Origin: an uncultured Methylomirabilota bacterium
GTDB lineage: Bacteria; Methylomirabilota; Methylomirabilia; Methylomirabilales; 2-02-FULL-66-22
NCBI GenBank assembly: GCA_963845565.1
Contig: CAWJSJ010000004.1
Coordinates: 47,905-111,904 of the forward strand
Direction of reading: 5' to 3'
Length of the DNA stretch: 64,000 nt
Part shown: positions 9,974 to 19,639 of the stretch, piece by piece
Numbering within the stretch: position 1 is the stretch's first letter
Layout of the letters: every line of letters begins with the position of its first letter
Notes under the pieces: generated by a model
The model's database searches: none
The model's input: only the letters and a program-made list of their open reading frames with translations
What the model was told of the DNA's origin: nothing
Translations under genes and position numbers: made by a program

Positions 9974-10146
9974 ATTCGACGCGGGCGCTCCCGGGGTGTC
10001 GGGACGACCCTCGGACGCGTTGCCAAGCACCCCACGTCATGATATCTGTTGCCGGCGATGCCCCCGCTCGCCGGGCCCTTGGGGCGGACGAGGGCCCACT
10101 CGGCACCCCGCCCGCATCGTCCACCTTCCCGGGAAAGGATCCGCCC

Positions 10147-11289
10147 GTGAAACCCAGAGACCGCGTCCTGCAGGCCCTGCACCATGAAGAGCCGGACCGC
10201 GTGCCGACCGGCGAGAACGACATCGACTACGTGCTCGCCGAACAGTTGCTCGGGCGCACCACGCTCTACAACTCGCGCTGGCGGGAGCGGCAGGCGCTGT
10301 GGGACGGGCGGCGCGCCGAGATCGTACACGACTACGGCACCACGCTGGTCGACCTGGCCCGCACCCTGGAGTGGGACTATGTGCGCGTGCCCACCATGCC
10401 CGTGGACAAGGAATATCGCCGCCCGGTGATGACGGGGCCCTATTCGTGGCTCGACGAGACGGGACGCGAAATCCAATACAGCCCGGAGGTCGGCAACATC
10501 GCCACCTTCGTGGACGACTCCGAGATGACCATCGACGACCTGCCCGACCCCGCCGCGCCGTTCGCCGTCCACCCCAGCGTGCTGGAGGCCATACGCCACG
10601 TCGTCGCCGAGCTGGCCGACACCCATTTCATCATCGGTCGCTCGCCTGTCGACGGCACCTTCCCCTTCCAGCAGACGGTCGGTATGCAGGAGTTTCTCAC
10701 ACGCATGGTCACGGACCCGGAGTTCGTGCGGCGTGCGGTCGAGGTCTATGTCAATCGCTCCATCGCCTACATCGAGGCCATGCTAAACGCCGGTTGCGAC
10801 GCCGTGATGACGACCGATGACTACTCGGGAAACGAGGGGCCGTTCATGGGGCCGGCCCGCTTCCGCCAGTTCGTCGCGCCGGGCATCGAGCGCCAGGCGG
10901 CCGCCGCGCACGCCCGCGGTGGTCTCTTCATCAAGCACACCGACGGCCATGTCTGGTCGATCCTGGACGACCTCGCCGCCACCGGGATCGACGGCTGGCA
11001 CGGCATCCAGCCCAACATCGGCATGGACCTGCGTCTACTCAAGGAGCGGTACGGCGCGCGTCTCTGCTTCTTCGGCGGGATCAACTGTGAGACGCTGATC
11101 GAGGGCACGCCGGAGATGGCTCGGGCCGAGGTGACGTACGCGATTCGCCACGCGGCGCAGGGCGGCGGCCTGGTGATCGCCACCGGCAACGTGCTGCAGC
11201 CCGGCACCAGCCTGCAGAATTACCTGGCGGCGCGGCAGGCAACGCGCGACTTCGGCGCCTACCCACGCCATCAGACCGCCGGGGAATGA
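10147..11289 (+). CDS. uroporphyrinogen decarboxylase (URO-D) family protein
   Basis: ORF 10039..11289. The likely start is GTG 10147 (VKPRDRVLQALHHEEPDRVP, a typical URO-D/MtaA N-terminus). The start is uncertain. Confidence 0.7.
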   Translation: MKPRDRVLQALHHEEPDRVPTGENDIDYVLAEQLLGRTTLYNSRWRERQALWDGRRAEIVHDYGTTLVDLARTLEWDYVRVPTMPVDKEYRRPVMTGPYSWLDETGREIQYSPEVGNIATFVDDSEMTIDDLPDPAAPFAVHPSVLEAIRHVVAELADTHFIIGRSPVDGTFPFQQTVGMQEFLTRMVTDPEFVRRAVEVYVNRSIAYIEAMLNAGCDAVMTTDDYSGNEGPFMGPARFRQFVAPGIERQAAAAHARGGLFIKHTDGHVWSILDDLAATGIDGWHGIQPNIGMDLRLLKERYGARLCFFGGINCETLIEGTPEMARAEVTYAIRHAAQGGGLVIATGNVLQPGTSLQNYLAARQATRDFGAYPRHQTAGE

Positions 11290-11377
11290 TGTCACGACCC
11301 GTGGCAGGAGTGGCGAACGTCCAGGGCGAGCGAGCGACACGGCGGGCTATCGGGGGTGGGTCGTCGGGGGGCGGCGC

Positions 11378-11695
11378 CTAGCCCAACAGGTCGTCCGCCA
11401 GCATACGCTCGGCGATATCCTCTCCGGACACCTGGTAGGTCCCGTCGTTTATCCGGGCTTTCAGCGCCGCCACTTTGTCCGCGCGGATCTGTGGGGTCTG
11501 CTTCAAGGCTGCTGCGGCGGCCTGCATGGCCCGTCCCGCGTCCGAGACTTCCACGCGGTCGGTGCGGGTGGGGGCGGTGGGAGCGGTCGCGGATTTGGCG
11601 TATGCTTTCTGGGCCTTCTTGGCCTTGCTGGTCCGTTCCGCCTGGTCCGCGGCGGGGGGCGGTGTGGGAATGGGGGTGGCATTCTTGATCTTCAT
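11378..11695 (-). CDS. flgM: FlgM-family anti-sigma-28 factor
   Basis: From MKIKNATP within ORF 11378..11953. The C-terminus IRADKVAALKARINDGTYQVSGEDIAERML is the FlgM domain. Confidence 0.7.
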   Translation of the reverse strand: MKIKNATPIPTPPPAADQAERTSKAKKAQKAYAKSATAPTAPTRTDRVEVSDAGRAMQAAAAALKQTPQIRADKVAALKARINDGTYQVSGEDIAERMLADDLLG

Positions 11696-11721
11696 GCGGC
11701 GTGCGTCCTCCAGGCGCCGGG

Positions 11722-12306
11722 TCAGGGCGTTCCGGGTTCTGACTCGTACAGGTTCTTGGTCAGCGCTTTCAGGGTCTCGACCGCCTGTCGCCGCTCGCGG
11801 CGGAAGTGGTCGTTCTCGTTTCTGAGACGCCGGACCTCCTCTTCCAGCCGCTCGCCCTTGCGCTCGGCGCCCTCGGCCCGGGCCGCAAGGTGCTCGTGCT
11901 CTCGGAGGAGCTTGGGGACGAGGGCGAGCAGGCGCTGACCTTCGGAGATCCAACCGGCCACCCGCTCTCGGGCGTGTATCGTCTTGGCGGCCTCGAGTCG
12001 CTGCTGCTGATCAATGCCGGCGGCCTGGTCGGGCGTTTCCGATCCCCACCACGGCGGCCGCCACTGGAGTGCCGAGAACTGCCGGATCACAAAAAAGCCA
12101 TGGGCATAGAGTTCGCCCTCTCGGCCGCGGCCGCTCCGGCGGTCCGCCCTGCGGCGGTCCGTTCGGTGGGCCTCCTGCCGCCGCCGCCGGCCGTCGAACC
12201 GGCGATCGAGGAGGACCTGTACGTTGTCGTCCCCCGCGAATTGCCGGCGCAGGTAGCCGTACAGGTCCGTATGGTTTCGCGCCGTGATGACGACGTAATG
12301 GACCAT
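11722..12306 (-). CDS. hypothetical protein (Arg-rich N-terminal domain plus coiled coil)
   Basis: 194-aa ORF immediately upstream of flgM on the same strand. The composition is protein-like and the C-terminal half is paralogous to 12630..12935. Confidence 0.5.
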   Translation of the reverse strand: MVHYVVITARNHTDLYGYLRRQFAGDDNVQVLLDRRFDGRRRRQEAHRTDRRRADRRSGRGREGELYAHGFFVIRQFSALQWRPPWWGSETPDQAAGIDQQQRLEAAKTIHARERVAGWISEGQRLLALVPKLLREHEHLAARAEGAERKGERLEEEVRRLRNENDHFRRERRQAVETLKALTKNLYESEPGTP

Positions 12307-12629
12307 GACGGTTCTCCTCCCTGCGGTGACCCGTGCTGCCCGAGTGTTGCCGCCCAGGTGAATCGTCTGTCAAGAAACCCAGAAGCTCCAACACACTCTA
12401 CGCCGGACGTGAACCAAGGTCAAGGGCCGCGCGTGGCCGCGGGTGGCCGCCGGTGACCGCTGCGATCGCGGCGCCCCGCGGGCGCGGTGAACAGTACTTG
12501 ACCGAATCCGGCGACAACGGGTAAGCTCAAGCCCGTCTTTCTGCTGCGCAATTGCGCGGCCCACGCGGAGCGGGGCGACCTCGGCGGCATGATCAATAAC
12601 AGGCGCACGACGGCAGGGGAGAACGAGCT

Positions 12630-12935
12630 ATGACGAGTGCGGTGGTGGGGGCGGAGCGGGAGCAGTTGGTCCAGTGGATGGAAGAAGGGCGCGGTGTGCT
12701 CGAGATCCTCCAAAAGATCCTCCAGGATTGCGACCATCTCCGGGAAGTGGCGGAGACGGCCCAGAAGGACAACGAGCGGGTCCAGCGGGACTGCGAGCAG
12801 TTGCGGGCCGAGGTCGGCCGACTCAAAGCGGACGGCGAGCGCCTCCAGCGGGAGCGTGCCGAAACCACCCAATGGTTCGCCACCATGATGAGCGAGGCTG
12901 CCTCCCGCCTTCGCCTCGATCGCCCGCCGGTGTAG
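12630..12935 (+). CDS. hypothetical coiled-coil protein
   Basis: 101-aa ORF. GGGGAGAACGAGCT lies before the ATG. It has heptad-like E/R/L composition and is similar to the C-terminal half of 11722..12306. Confidence 0.5.
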   Translation: MTSAVVGAEREQLVQWMEEGRGVLEILQKILQDCDHLREVAETAQKDNERVQRDCEQLRAEVGRLKADGERLQRERAETTQWFATMMSEAASRLRLDRPPV

Positions 12936-12977
12936 ACCGTGCCGGCGGCTCTTCGCATGGGGAACGGATAGAACGTT

Positions 12978-13394
12978 GTGGCTGCCTTCCTGGAGTCGCT
13001 CTCGTGGGGGCAGAAGGCGGCGCTGGGCTTGGGGTTGTTCGCCGGGACGACCGTCCTCAGCCTGGCCGCGGTCACCATCGTGCTGGTGCGCCTTCCGGCC
13101 ACCTACTTTCAGGACAACTTCGTCTCGCCGCTGGTGGGCCGACATCTGATCGTTCGCTGGATCAGGGTGATTCTCAAGAACATCCTGGGTGCGGTGCTGA
13201 TCCTGTTCGGGCTGCTCTTGTCCCTTCCCGGCGTGCCCGGGCAGGGGTTGCTGACGATTCTGATCGGGCTGATGCTGCTGGATTTTCCGGGGAAACGTCG
13301 GATTGAGCGACGCCTGGTCGCCAGACCGATCATTCAGCGGGCGATCAACGCGCTGCGAGCACGCTTCGGGAAGCCCGCGTTGGTACTGGATTGA
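12978..13394 (+). CDS. PGPGW-domain small membrane protein
   Basis: Three TM helices. LSLPGVPGQGLLTILIGLMLLDFPGKRR resembles the PGPGW motif family. Confidence 0.6.
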   Translation: MAAFLESLSWGQKAALGLGLFAGTTVLSLAAVTIVLVRLPATYFQDNFVSPLVGRHLIVRWIRVILKNILGAVLILFGLLLSLPGVPGQGLLTILIGLMLLDFPGKRRIERRLVARPIIQRAINALRARFGKPALVLD

Positions 13395-13427
13395 CGGATC
13401 CGGCCTCCGGAACGGAAGGAGTCAAGA

Positions 13428-13748
13428 ATGTCACCTGAGCGCAGTGGCGGATACGGTTCGTGCAGCGAATCGGAGGGAGGGGAGAAGAGGCCGCGATCCA
13501 TGGCCTGGTTTCCGACGCATCGGATTGTGTACTCGCATCCCCCGCGCGGCATCGACACCATCGAGGTCATGGCGTGGGATCGGGGGGTCGAAGCCCCCGG
13601 GCCGGGCCGCTACGCGCTGTACACCGAGGAGAACGCCGAGACGCCATCGGGTCCCGAGTGGACGATGGACGGCGAGGGGCGGGTGTGGTTCCAGGGTGAG
13701 CCGCTCCGGGACCACGCGACGGCCGTCGTCGAGGAGATCTCGGACTGA
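13428..13748 (+). CDS. hypothetical protein
   Basis: GGAAGGAG lies 6 nt before ATG 13428. 106 aa with no recognisable family. Confidence 0.45.
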   Translation: MSPERSGGYGSCSESEGGEKRPRSMAWFPTHRIVYSHPPRGIDTIEVMAWDRGVEAPGPGRYALYTEENAETPSGPEWTMDGEGRVWFQGEPLRDHATAVVEEISD

Positions 13749-13752
13749 CCCG

Positions 13753-13850
13753 TTGTCGACGAATAAATTCACCGGGGAAATTCTGGAAACGGCACAGGAA
13801 GCCCTAACGAAATCACAAGAAATAGCCGATCTATTGCATAACGGCTTCTG
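13753..13850 (+). repeat. AT-rich hairpin element, copy 1 (divergent)
   Basis: Homologous to 23676..23770 and 51348..51443. It lies between a stop codon and pfkA. Confidence 0.6.
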
Positions 13851-13895
13851 CGCGCGTTCGCTGTCCGAATGTTTCCACCGCCGAGGAGAGAATTG

Positions 13896-14867
13896 ATGAA
13901 ACGCATCGCCGTGCTGACGAGTGGGGGGGATGCCCCCGGAATGAATGCGGCCATTCGGGCGGTGGTGCGTACCGGCATCGGGCGCGGCTGGGAGGTGCTC
14001 GGTGTCCGCCACGGCTACGCCGGCCTGATCAGCGGCGACATGGCGGGCTTGAGCGCCCGCGATGTGGGGGGCATCCTCCAGCGAGGCGGGACGATCCTGG
14101 GGAGCGCCCGGAGCGCAGAATTCGAAACCGCGCCGGGACGGGAGAAGGCTATCCGGAATCTGAACATCCAGGGGGTCGAGGCGCTGGTGGTGATCGGGGG
14201 CAACGGGTCGCAGACCGGGGCGCACTGCCTTTCCCAGATGGGGTTTCCGGTAGTCGGGGTGGCCTCGACCATCGACAACGACCTGGTCGGCTCCGACATC
14301 ACGATCGGGGTGGATACGGCGCTGAATATCGCACTGGAAGCCATCGATCGGCTGAAGACGACCGCTTCGTCACATCAACGCGCATTTCTCATTGAAATCA
14401 TGGGCCGCCACTGTGGATACCTCGCGCTGATGGCCGCCATCGCCGGCGGGGCGGAGGCGGTGCTGCTCCCCGAGGTGGACACCGAACCCGAAGCCTTGGC
14501 GAAGGAGCTGCACGCCTCATACCTCCGCGGGAAACCCCACGCGCTGGTGGTGGTGGCCGAGGGGGCCAAGTACAACGCCGAGGCGATGGCCGCGTACTTC
14601 CGCACGCACAAAGACCAATGCGGCTTCGATCTGCGAGTCACCACGCTGGGCCACGTCCAGCGCGGCGGGACACCGGGGGCGTTCGACCGGATCCTGGCCA
14701 CCCGACTGGGGAACGGCGCGACCGACGCGCTGGCCCGCGGGGAGCGGGGCGTGCTGGTCGGGTTCATCAAGGGCGAGATCTTGACGACTCCGCTGGCCGA
14801 CGTGGTCGGGAAGCAGAAGTCTCTCGACCCCCGACTGGTGGAGCTGGCCGGGGTGTTGGCCAAGTAG
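13896..14867 (+). CDS. pfkA: ATP-dependent 6-phosphofructokinase
   Basis: MKRIAVLTSGGDAPGMNAAIRAVV, IGGNGS, TIDND and MGRHCGYLAL motifs. GAGGAGAG lies before the ATG. Confidence 0.95.
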   Translation: MKRIAVLTSGGDAPGMNAAIRAVVRTGIGRGWEVLGVRHGYAGLISGDMAGLSARDVGGILQRGGTILGSARSAEFETAPGREKAIRNLNIQGVEALVVIGGNGSQTGAHCLSQMGFPVVGVASTIDNDLVGSDITIGVDTALNIALEAIDRLKTTASSHQRAFLIEIMGRHCGYLALMAAIAGGAEAVLLPEVDTEPEALAKELHASYLRGKPHALVVVAEGAKYNAEAMAAYFRTHKDQCGFDLRVTTLGHVQRGGTPGAFDRILATRLGNGATDALARGERGVLVGFIKGEILTTPLADVVGKQKSLDPRLVELAGVLAK

Positions 14868-14920
14868 TCGGGAGCGGGCCGTGGCGCGCCGGTTCCCCCG
14901 GCGGACGCCCGTGGACGTCA

Positions 14921-15286
14921 ATGCGTCGGAAACAGGTGGATCCATCGGACCGGCCCGCCAGGGTTGGTTTCTTCGACAGCGTCTACGCCCTGGTCAGGCG
15001 TGTCCCTCGGGGCAAGGTGGCGACGTACGGCCAGATCGCCCGGATGCTGGGTGCTCCCCGCTCTGCCAGGGTTGTGGGCTGGGCGATGCACGGGAATCCC
15101 CACGGTGCGAAGGTGCCCTGGCAGCGCGTCGTGCAACGAGGCGGGTCGCTCAGCCCGTCGGTCTGTCCCGCCGACCCCGGCCGCCAGCGCCGACTGCTGG
15201 AGCGCGAGGGGGTCGGCTTCCTGCTCTCGGGCCGCATCGACATGGCGCGGCATCAATGGTCCCCGCCTGCAGCGGGGGTGCGGTAG
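14921..15286 (+). CDS. MGMT-family DNA-binding protein lacking the acceptor Cys (alkyltransferase-like, ATL)
   Basis: From MRRKQV. VPRGKVATYGQIA... and VPWQRVV appear where MGMT has PCHRVV. Only the C-terminal domain is present (121 aa). Confidence 0.75.
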   Translation: MRRKQVDPSDRPARVGFFDSVYALVRRVPRGKVATYGQIARMLGAPRSARVVGWAMHGNPHGAKVPWQRVVQRGGSLSPSVCPADPGRQRRLLEREGVGFLLSGRIDMARHQWSPPAAGVR

Positions 15287-15413
15287 CGCACCGTCTGTCG
15301 CCCCATGCCCCCCTTGACGTCCGTGCCGGCCCGTGGTATGTCTCACCCTCCATATTGTCGTACAATATTGCACGACGTTCTTTGGCCAACCGCTGGCAGC
15401 CGAGGAGGCGCCC

Positions 15414-15860
15414 ATGGAAGCCATCAAGCGCTGTCTAACCTCCGAGATGATCCTGGTCCGATTTGACCCGGGCGAACTTCTGTTGGAGGGGCTGCGCGAG
15501 CTGATCCGGGCGGAAGGCATCCGGACGGGTCTGGTCGTCTCGGGGATAGGGACTCTCAGCGATTGCCGCCTGCATCAGTCGGTCGCCGGATACCCCCCCA
15601 ACCTCATGACTCGACATCAGGAGTACCTGGAGCTCAAAGGATCATACGAGATCGCCTCGATCCAGGGGATCATTGCCGACGGCGACCCGCACCTCCACAT
15701 CACCCTCTCCGAGGGGAGCCATACCGTCGCCGGTCACCTGGAGGAGGGATGCGTGGTGATGACCCTAGCGGAGGTGGCAATCCTCCGCGGCGAGGGGGCC
15801 CCGGTCCGGCGTGTGATACGGGGGCCGGAGAAGATCAAGGGCCTGACGGCCGCCGAATAG
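15414..15860 (+). CDS. PPC (DUF296) domain protein
   Basis: MEAIK...SGIGTLSDCRL...GDPHLHITLS pattern typical of PPC/DUF296. Confidence 0.7.
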   Translation: MEAIKRCLTSEMILVRFDPGELLLEGLRELIRAEGIRTGLVVSGIGTLSDCRLHQSVAGYPPNLMTRHQEYLELKGSYEIASIQGIIADGDPHLHITLSEGSHTVAGHLEEGCVVMTLAEVAILRGEGAPVRRVIRGPEKIKGLTAAE

Positions 15861-15899
15861 CCCGGCCTGTCGTACAGTCGTGCCTGTCGACGAGGAGGC

Positions 15900-16652
15900 G
15901 TGCGGGCGTGGCCCGCGCGACCACGGATGGCCGCGAACGGGGAATCGGTCTACCAGACGCTGGAGCGGGAGATCATCCTCGGCCATCTCAAGCCGCGCGA
16001 GCGGCTGTTGGAATCGCAGCTCTGCCGGCGGCTCGAGGTCAGCCGGACGCTCCTCCGTGAGGTCTTCCGCCGGCTGGAAGGGGCCGGGCTGGTGACGCTG
16101 CAGCCCAACCGCGGCGTGGTGGTTCGGGACTTCAGCGTGCAAGAGGTCGAGGACGTCTACTATCTCCGTACCGCGCTGGAACGCGCGGCGATTCCCCTCA
16201 TCGTCGAACGGGTCCGCCCGGCGGACGTCCGGGCGCTGCGGGACCTCCAGCGGGAGTTCGAGCGCGCCTGCCGGGCGGCCGACATGGGCGGCATGATCCT
16301 CAGCAACCTGGCCTTCCACCGGCGGCTCTCGCAGATCTCCGGAAACCCGTTCCTCTGCAAGTCCCTGGAGATCTCGCATCTCCAGACGCAGCAGATCCGG
16401 TACCTCGCCTGGCTGGACGCCGCGCGGGTGCAGACGTCCATCCGGGAGCACCGGCGGATCGTGGCGGCGCTGGCGCGACGAAGCACAGCGGCCTACGAGC
16501 AGGCGCTCGTGACGCACCTGGCGGGCGGAAAGGGAGATTACCAGCGCATCTTCCCCGTGGGGGGTGACGGACAGACGGCAGCGCACAACAGCAGCGACCG
16601 CGGACCCCGGACGCGCGGGGCGGCCCGGCGCAAGGAGGGCTCTCATGCGTAG
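15900..16652 (+). CDS. GntR/FadR-family transcriptional regulator
   Basis: The wHTH segment LLESQLCRRLEVSRTLLREVFRRLEGAGLV is followed by an FCD-type C-terminal domain. The start is uncertain (GTG 15900 or ATG 15927). Confidence 0.85.
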   Translation: MRAWPARPRMAANGESVYQTLEREIILGHLKPRERLLESQLCRRLEVSRTLLREVFRRLEGAGLVTLQPNRGVVVRDFSVQEVEDVYYLRTALERAAIPLIVERVRPADVRALRDLQREFERACRAADMGGMILSNLAFHRRLSQISGNPFLCKSLEISHLQTQQIRYLAWLDAARVQTSIREHRRIVAALARRSTAAYEQALVTHLAGGKGDYQRIFPVGGDGQTAAHNSSDRGPRTRGAARRKEGSHA

Positions 16653-17601
16653 CGGATGGAAGCGTGGATGGATCCTGCTAGCGGCGTGGGCAATCCTGAT
16701 CGGCGCGTCGCCGGTCGGGGCCCAGGAGTATCCCAGCAAGCCGATCGAGGTCGTGGTCGGGGCCGCGCCCGGCGGCGGCACGGACATGATTGCCAGGGCC
16801 GTGGCCGACGTGGCCCCCAAGTATGTAGGGCAGCCCCTGGTCGTGGTGAACAAGGTGGGAGCCGCCATGACCATCGCCGCGCAGTACGTTGCCAGCGCGA
16901 AACCGGATGGCTATACGCTGAACGTGGCAGGGGGCAGCGAGACGGTGGCCGTGCCCCACTTCCGGAGCCTCCCCTTCGATCCCCTCAACGATTTCGAGCC
17001 CGTCATCCGGTTCATCATCGAGCGGGTCGGATTCTATGTACAGGCGGACAGCCCCTGGAAGAGCATGAAGGATTTCGTGGCGGATGCGAAGCAGAACCCC
17101 GACAAATACTCCTATGCCCATGCGGGTGTCGGCGGCATCCACCACGCCACCATGCTGGCCGTGGAGAAGCGGGCGGGCATCCGCCTGACCGCCGTGCCGC
17201 ACAAGGGGGGAGCGGAGAACCTGGCCGCCCTGGCCGGAGGTCACGTGAACATGGCGGTCGCCTCGCCGAACGAGGCATATGCCCTGGTCCAGGCCGGGCG
17301 CGTGCGCCCCCTGGCCAACGCCTCGCTGAAGCGGTCGGCGACGGAGCCGGACACGCCGACCCTGCGCGAGGTGGGAATCGACGTCTACATCGAAAACCAG
17401 AAGGGATTCGTCTTCCCGAAGGGGACGCCGGCCCCCATCGTCCAGAAGCTCCACGACAGCCTCCGAAAGGTCTTCGACGATCCGCAGTTCAAGGCCAACG
17501 CCGACAAGCTGAAGCTGGAGCTGGCGTATCTCAACGGAGAGGACTTTCGCAAGGCCCTGAAGGCGATGTACGACCAGATCGGCGAGGCGGTGAAGAAGTA
17601 A
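16645..17601 (+). CDS. tctC: tripartite tricarboxylate transporter substrate-binding protein (TctC/Bug family)
   Basis: AAGGAGG lies before ATG 16645. There is a signal peptide, then YPSKPIEVVVGAAPGGGTD (Bug signature). Confidence 0.9.
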   Translation: MRSGWKRGWILLAAWAILIGASPVGAQEYPSKPIEVVVGAAPGGGTDMIARAVADVAPKYVGQPLVVVNKVGAAMTIAAQYVASAKPDGYTLNVAGGSETVAVPHFRSLPFDPLNDFEPVIRFIIERVGFYVQADSPWKSMKDFVADAKQNPDKYSYAHAGVGGIHHATMLAVEKRAGIRLTAVPHKGGAENLAALAGGHVNMAVASPNEAYALVQAGRVRPLANASLKRSATEPDTPTLREVGIDVYIENQKGFVFPKGTPAPIVQKLHDSLRKVFDDPQFKANADKLKLELAYLNGEDFRKALKAMYDQIGEAVKK

Positions 17602-17620
17602 CACCGACGCTCGCGGGAGC

Positions 17621-18079
17621 GTGCGCATGACCGTTGATCGGGTGCTTGGTCTGGGAGCCATTCTCCTGGCGATTCCGGTTGCAGCGGCCTCGTGGGGATT
17701 TGGGGTGGGGAGCCCCAAATCCCCCGGCGCCGGGTTCTGGCCGTTGCTCATCGTCGTGGCGATGGCGGGGCTGGGCCTTTCGCTCCTCCTGCATCCGAGC
17801 CAGGCGGTCCCTTCGGCTGCGACGCAGGAGTCCCGCTGGGGACGGCTCTGGATTGCCCTTGGCACGATGGCAGTCTACGTGGTCACCCTGGATCCACTCG
17901 GGTTCCCGGTCGCAACCACCATCCTGCTCTTCGTGCAACTCCGCTGGGTGGAGAGCCGCACCTGGCGGTCGAGCGCCTGGATCGCCGCCCTGACGCCGCT
18001 CATCGCGTTCGTCCTCTTCCGGGTTCTGCTCAAGGTCCCCCTACCGGCCGGCGTGGTCCCGCTGCCCAGAGGTTGGTAA
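17621..18079 (+). CDS. tctB: tripartite tricarboxylate transporter TctB family protein
   Basis: 152 aa with four TM helices, located between tctC and tctA. Confidence 0.75.
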   Translation: MRMTVDRVLGLGAILLAIPVAAASWGFGVGSPKSPGAGFWPLLIVVAMAGLGLSLLLHPSQAVPSAATQESRWGRLWIALGTMAVYVVTLDPLGFPVATTILLFVQLRWVESRTWRSSAWIAALTPLIAFVLFRVLLKVPLPAGVVPLPRGW

Positions 18080-18102
18080 GGCCGAGCAAAGAAGGAGCGA
18101 GG

Positions 18103-19617
18103 TTGGATACCATCGGTCCCCTGCTTCACGGTTTTGCCGTGGCCCTGACCCCCGGCAATCTCCTGGCCGTGCTCCTGGGGACGTTGATCGGCACGGTGAT
18201 CGGCGTTCTGCCGGGCCTGGGGCCGACTGCGTCCATCGCGCTGCTGCTCCCGGTCACCATCGGCATGGACATGGTGCCGGCCCTCATCATGCTGGCGGGG
18301 ATCTACTACGGGGCGATGTACGGAGGCTCGACGACCTCCATCCTGGTCAACATCCCCGGGGAGGCCGCCTCGGTCGTCACCTGCATGGACGGCTATCAGA
18401 TGGCCCGGAAGGGCCGGGCCGGCCCCGCGCTCGGGATGTCGGCCTTCGGGTCGTTCATCGGCGGCACCGTCAGCGTGGTGGCGGTGATGCTGATCTCGCC
18501 GTTCCTGGCCGAGGCCGCCCTGAAGTTCGGGCCGCCCGAGATGTTTGCGCTGCTCTTCTTCGCCTTCACCTGCATCGGGGGTCTGACCGGGAAGTCGCGG
18601 ACGCGCGGCCTGCTCATGGCCTGCGTGGGGCTGCTCCTCGGCACGATCGGGACGGACGATATCCAGGGGGTGGACCGGTTCGTCTTCGGGACGCTCTACC
18701 TGCGGGATGGGATCGGCCTGGTGCCGCTGGCCATGGGGCTCTTCGGGCTGGGGGAGATCATCTACAACATCGAGCAGCGGGAGGAGACCGGCTCGGTGCT
18801 GGAGACTCCCAAGAACCTGCTACCGACGCTGCGGGACTGGAAGGATTCAGCCTGGCCCATCGCGCGCGGCAGCGTCCTCGGGTTCGGCATCGGGATCCTG
18901 CCGGGCGGCATGCCGGCGGTGGCCTCGCTCTTGAGTTACGCCGTCGAGCGGCGGGTGGCCAAGCGGCCGGAGGAGTTCGGCCACGGGGCCATCGAGGGGG
19001 TGGCGGGGCCCGAGACGGCGAACAACGCCGCCACCGCCGGCGGCTTCGTGCCGCTGCTCACGCTGGGGATTCCGACCAACAGCGTCCTCGCACTCATGCT
19101 GGCGGCCATGATGCTCCACGGGGTCACGCCGGGGCCCCTTTTGCTCCTCAAGTGGCCGGATGTGTTCTGGGGGGTGATTGCGAGCATGTACATCGGCAAC
19201 GCGATGCTCCTGGTCCTCAACCTGCCGATGATCGGACTGTTCGTGCAGATCCTCAAGGTCCCCTACGGCATCCTGTCGCCCCTGATCGTCATGTTTGTCC
19301 TGCTGGGGGCCTACGCCCTGAACAACAGCGTCACCGATGTGCTGGCGACCGTCCTGTTCGGGCTGGTGGGATACCTCATGAAGCGACACGGACTAGAACC
19401 GGCTCCGCTGGTGCTGGCCTTCGTCTTGGGGCCGATGCTCGAGAACAACCTGAGCAAGGCCCTGATCATGTCCCGGACGGGGAGCCCGCTGTTCTTCTTC
19501 TCCAGACCCATCTCGGGGACCCTGCTCGCGTGCGCCATCCTGGTCCTGGCCTTTCCCCTGATTCGCTGGGGCTGGCGCCGGGCGACCGGTCGGCGGCCGG
19601 CGCCAGCCGGCGCGTGA
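18103..19617 (+). CDS. tctA: tripartite tricarboxylate transporter permease TctA
   Basis: TTG 18103 follows GAAGGAG. LDTIGPLLHGFAVALTPGNL... and GVLPGLGP are the typical TctA N-terminus. The upstream part of ORF 17692..19617 overlaps tctB. Confidence 0.9.
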   Translation: MDTIGPLLHGFAVALTPGNLLAVLLGTLIGTVIGVLPGLGPTASIALLLPVTIGMDMVPALIMLAGIYYGAMYGGSTTSILVNIPGEAASVVTCMDGYQMARKGRAGPALGMSAFGSFIGGTVSVVAVMLISPFLAEAALKFGPPEMFALLFFAFTCIGGLTGKSRTRGLLMACVGLLLGTIGTDDIQGVDRFVFGTLYLRDGIGLVPLAMGLFGLGEIIYNIEQREETGSVLETPKNLLPTLRDWKDSAWPIARGSVLGFGIGILPGGMPAVASLLSYAVERRVAKRPEEFGHGAIEGVAGPETANNAATAGGFVPLLTLGIPTNSVLALMLAAMMLHGVTPGPLLLLKWPDVFWGVIASMYIGNAMLLVLNLPMIGLFVQILKVPYGILSPLIVMFVLLGAYALNNSVTDVLATVLFGLVGYLMKRHGLEPAPLVLAFVLGPMLENNLSKALIMSRTGSPLFFFSRPISGTLLACAILVLAFPLIRWGWRRATGRRPAPAGA

Positions 19618-19639
19618 TCTTTTTTCTGTGGAGGCGGCA

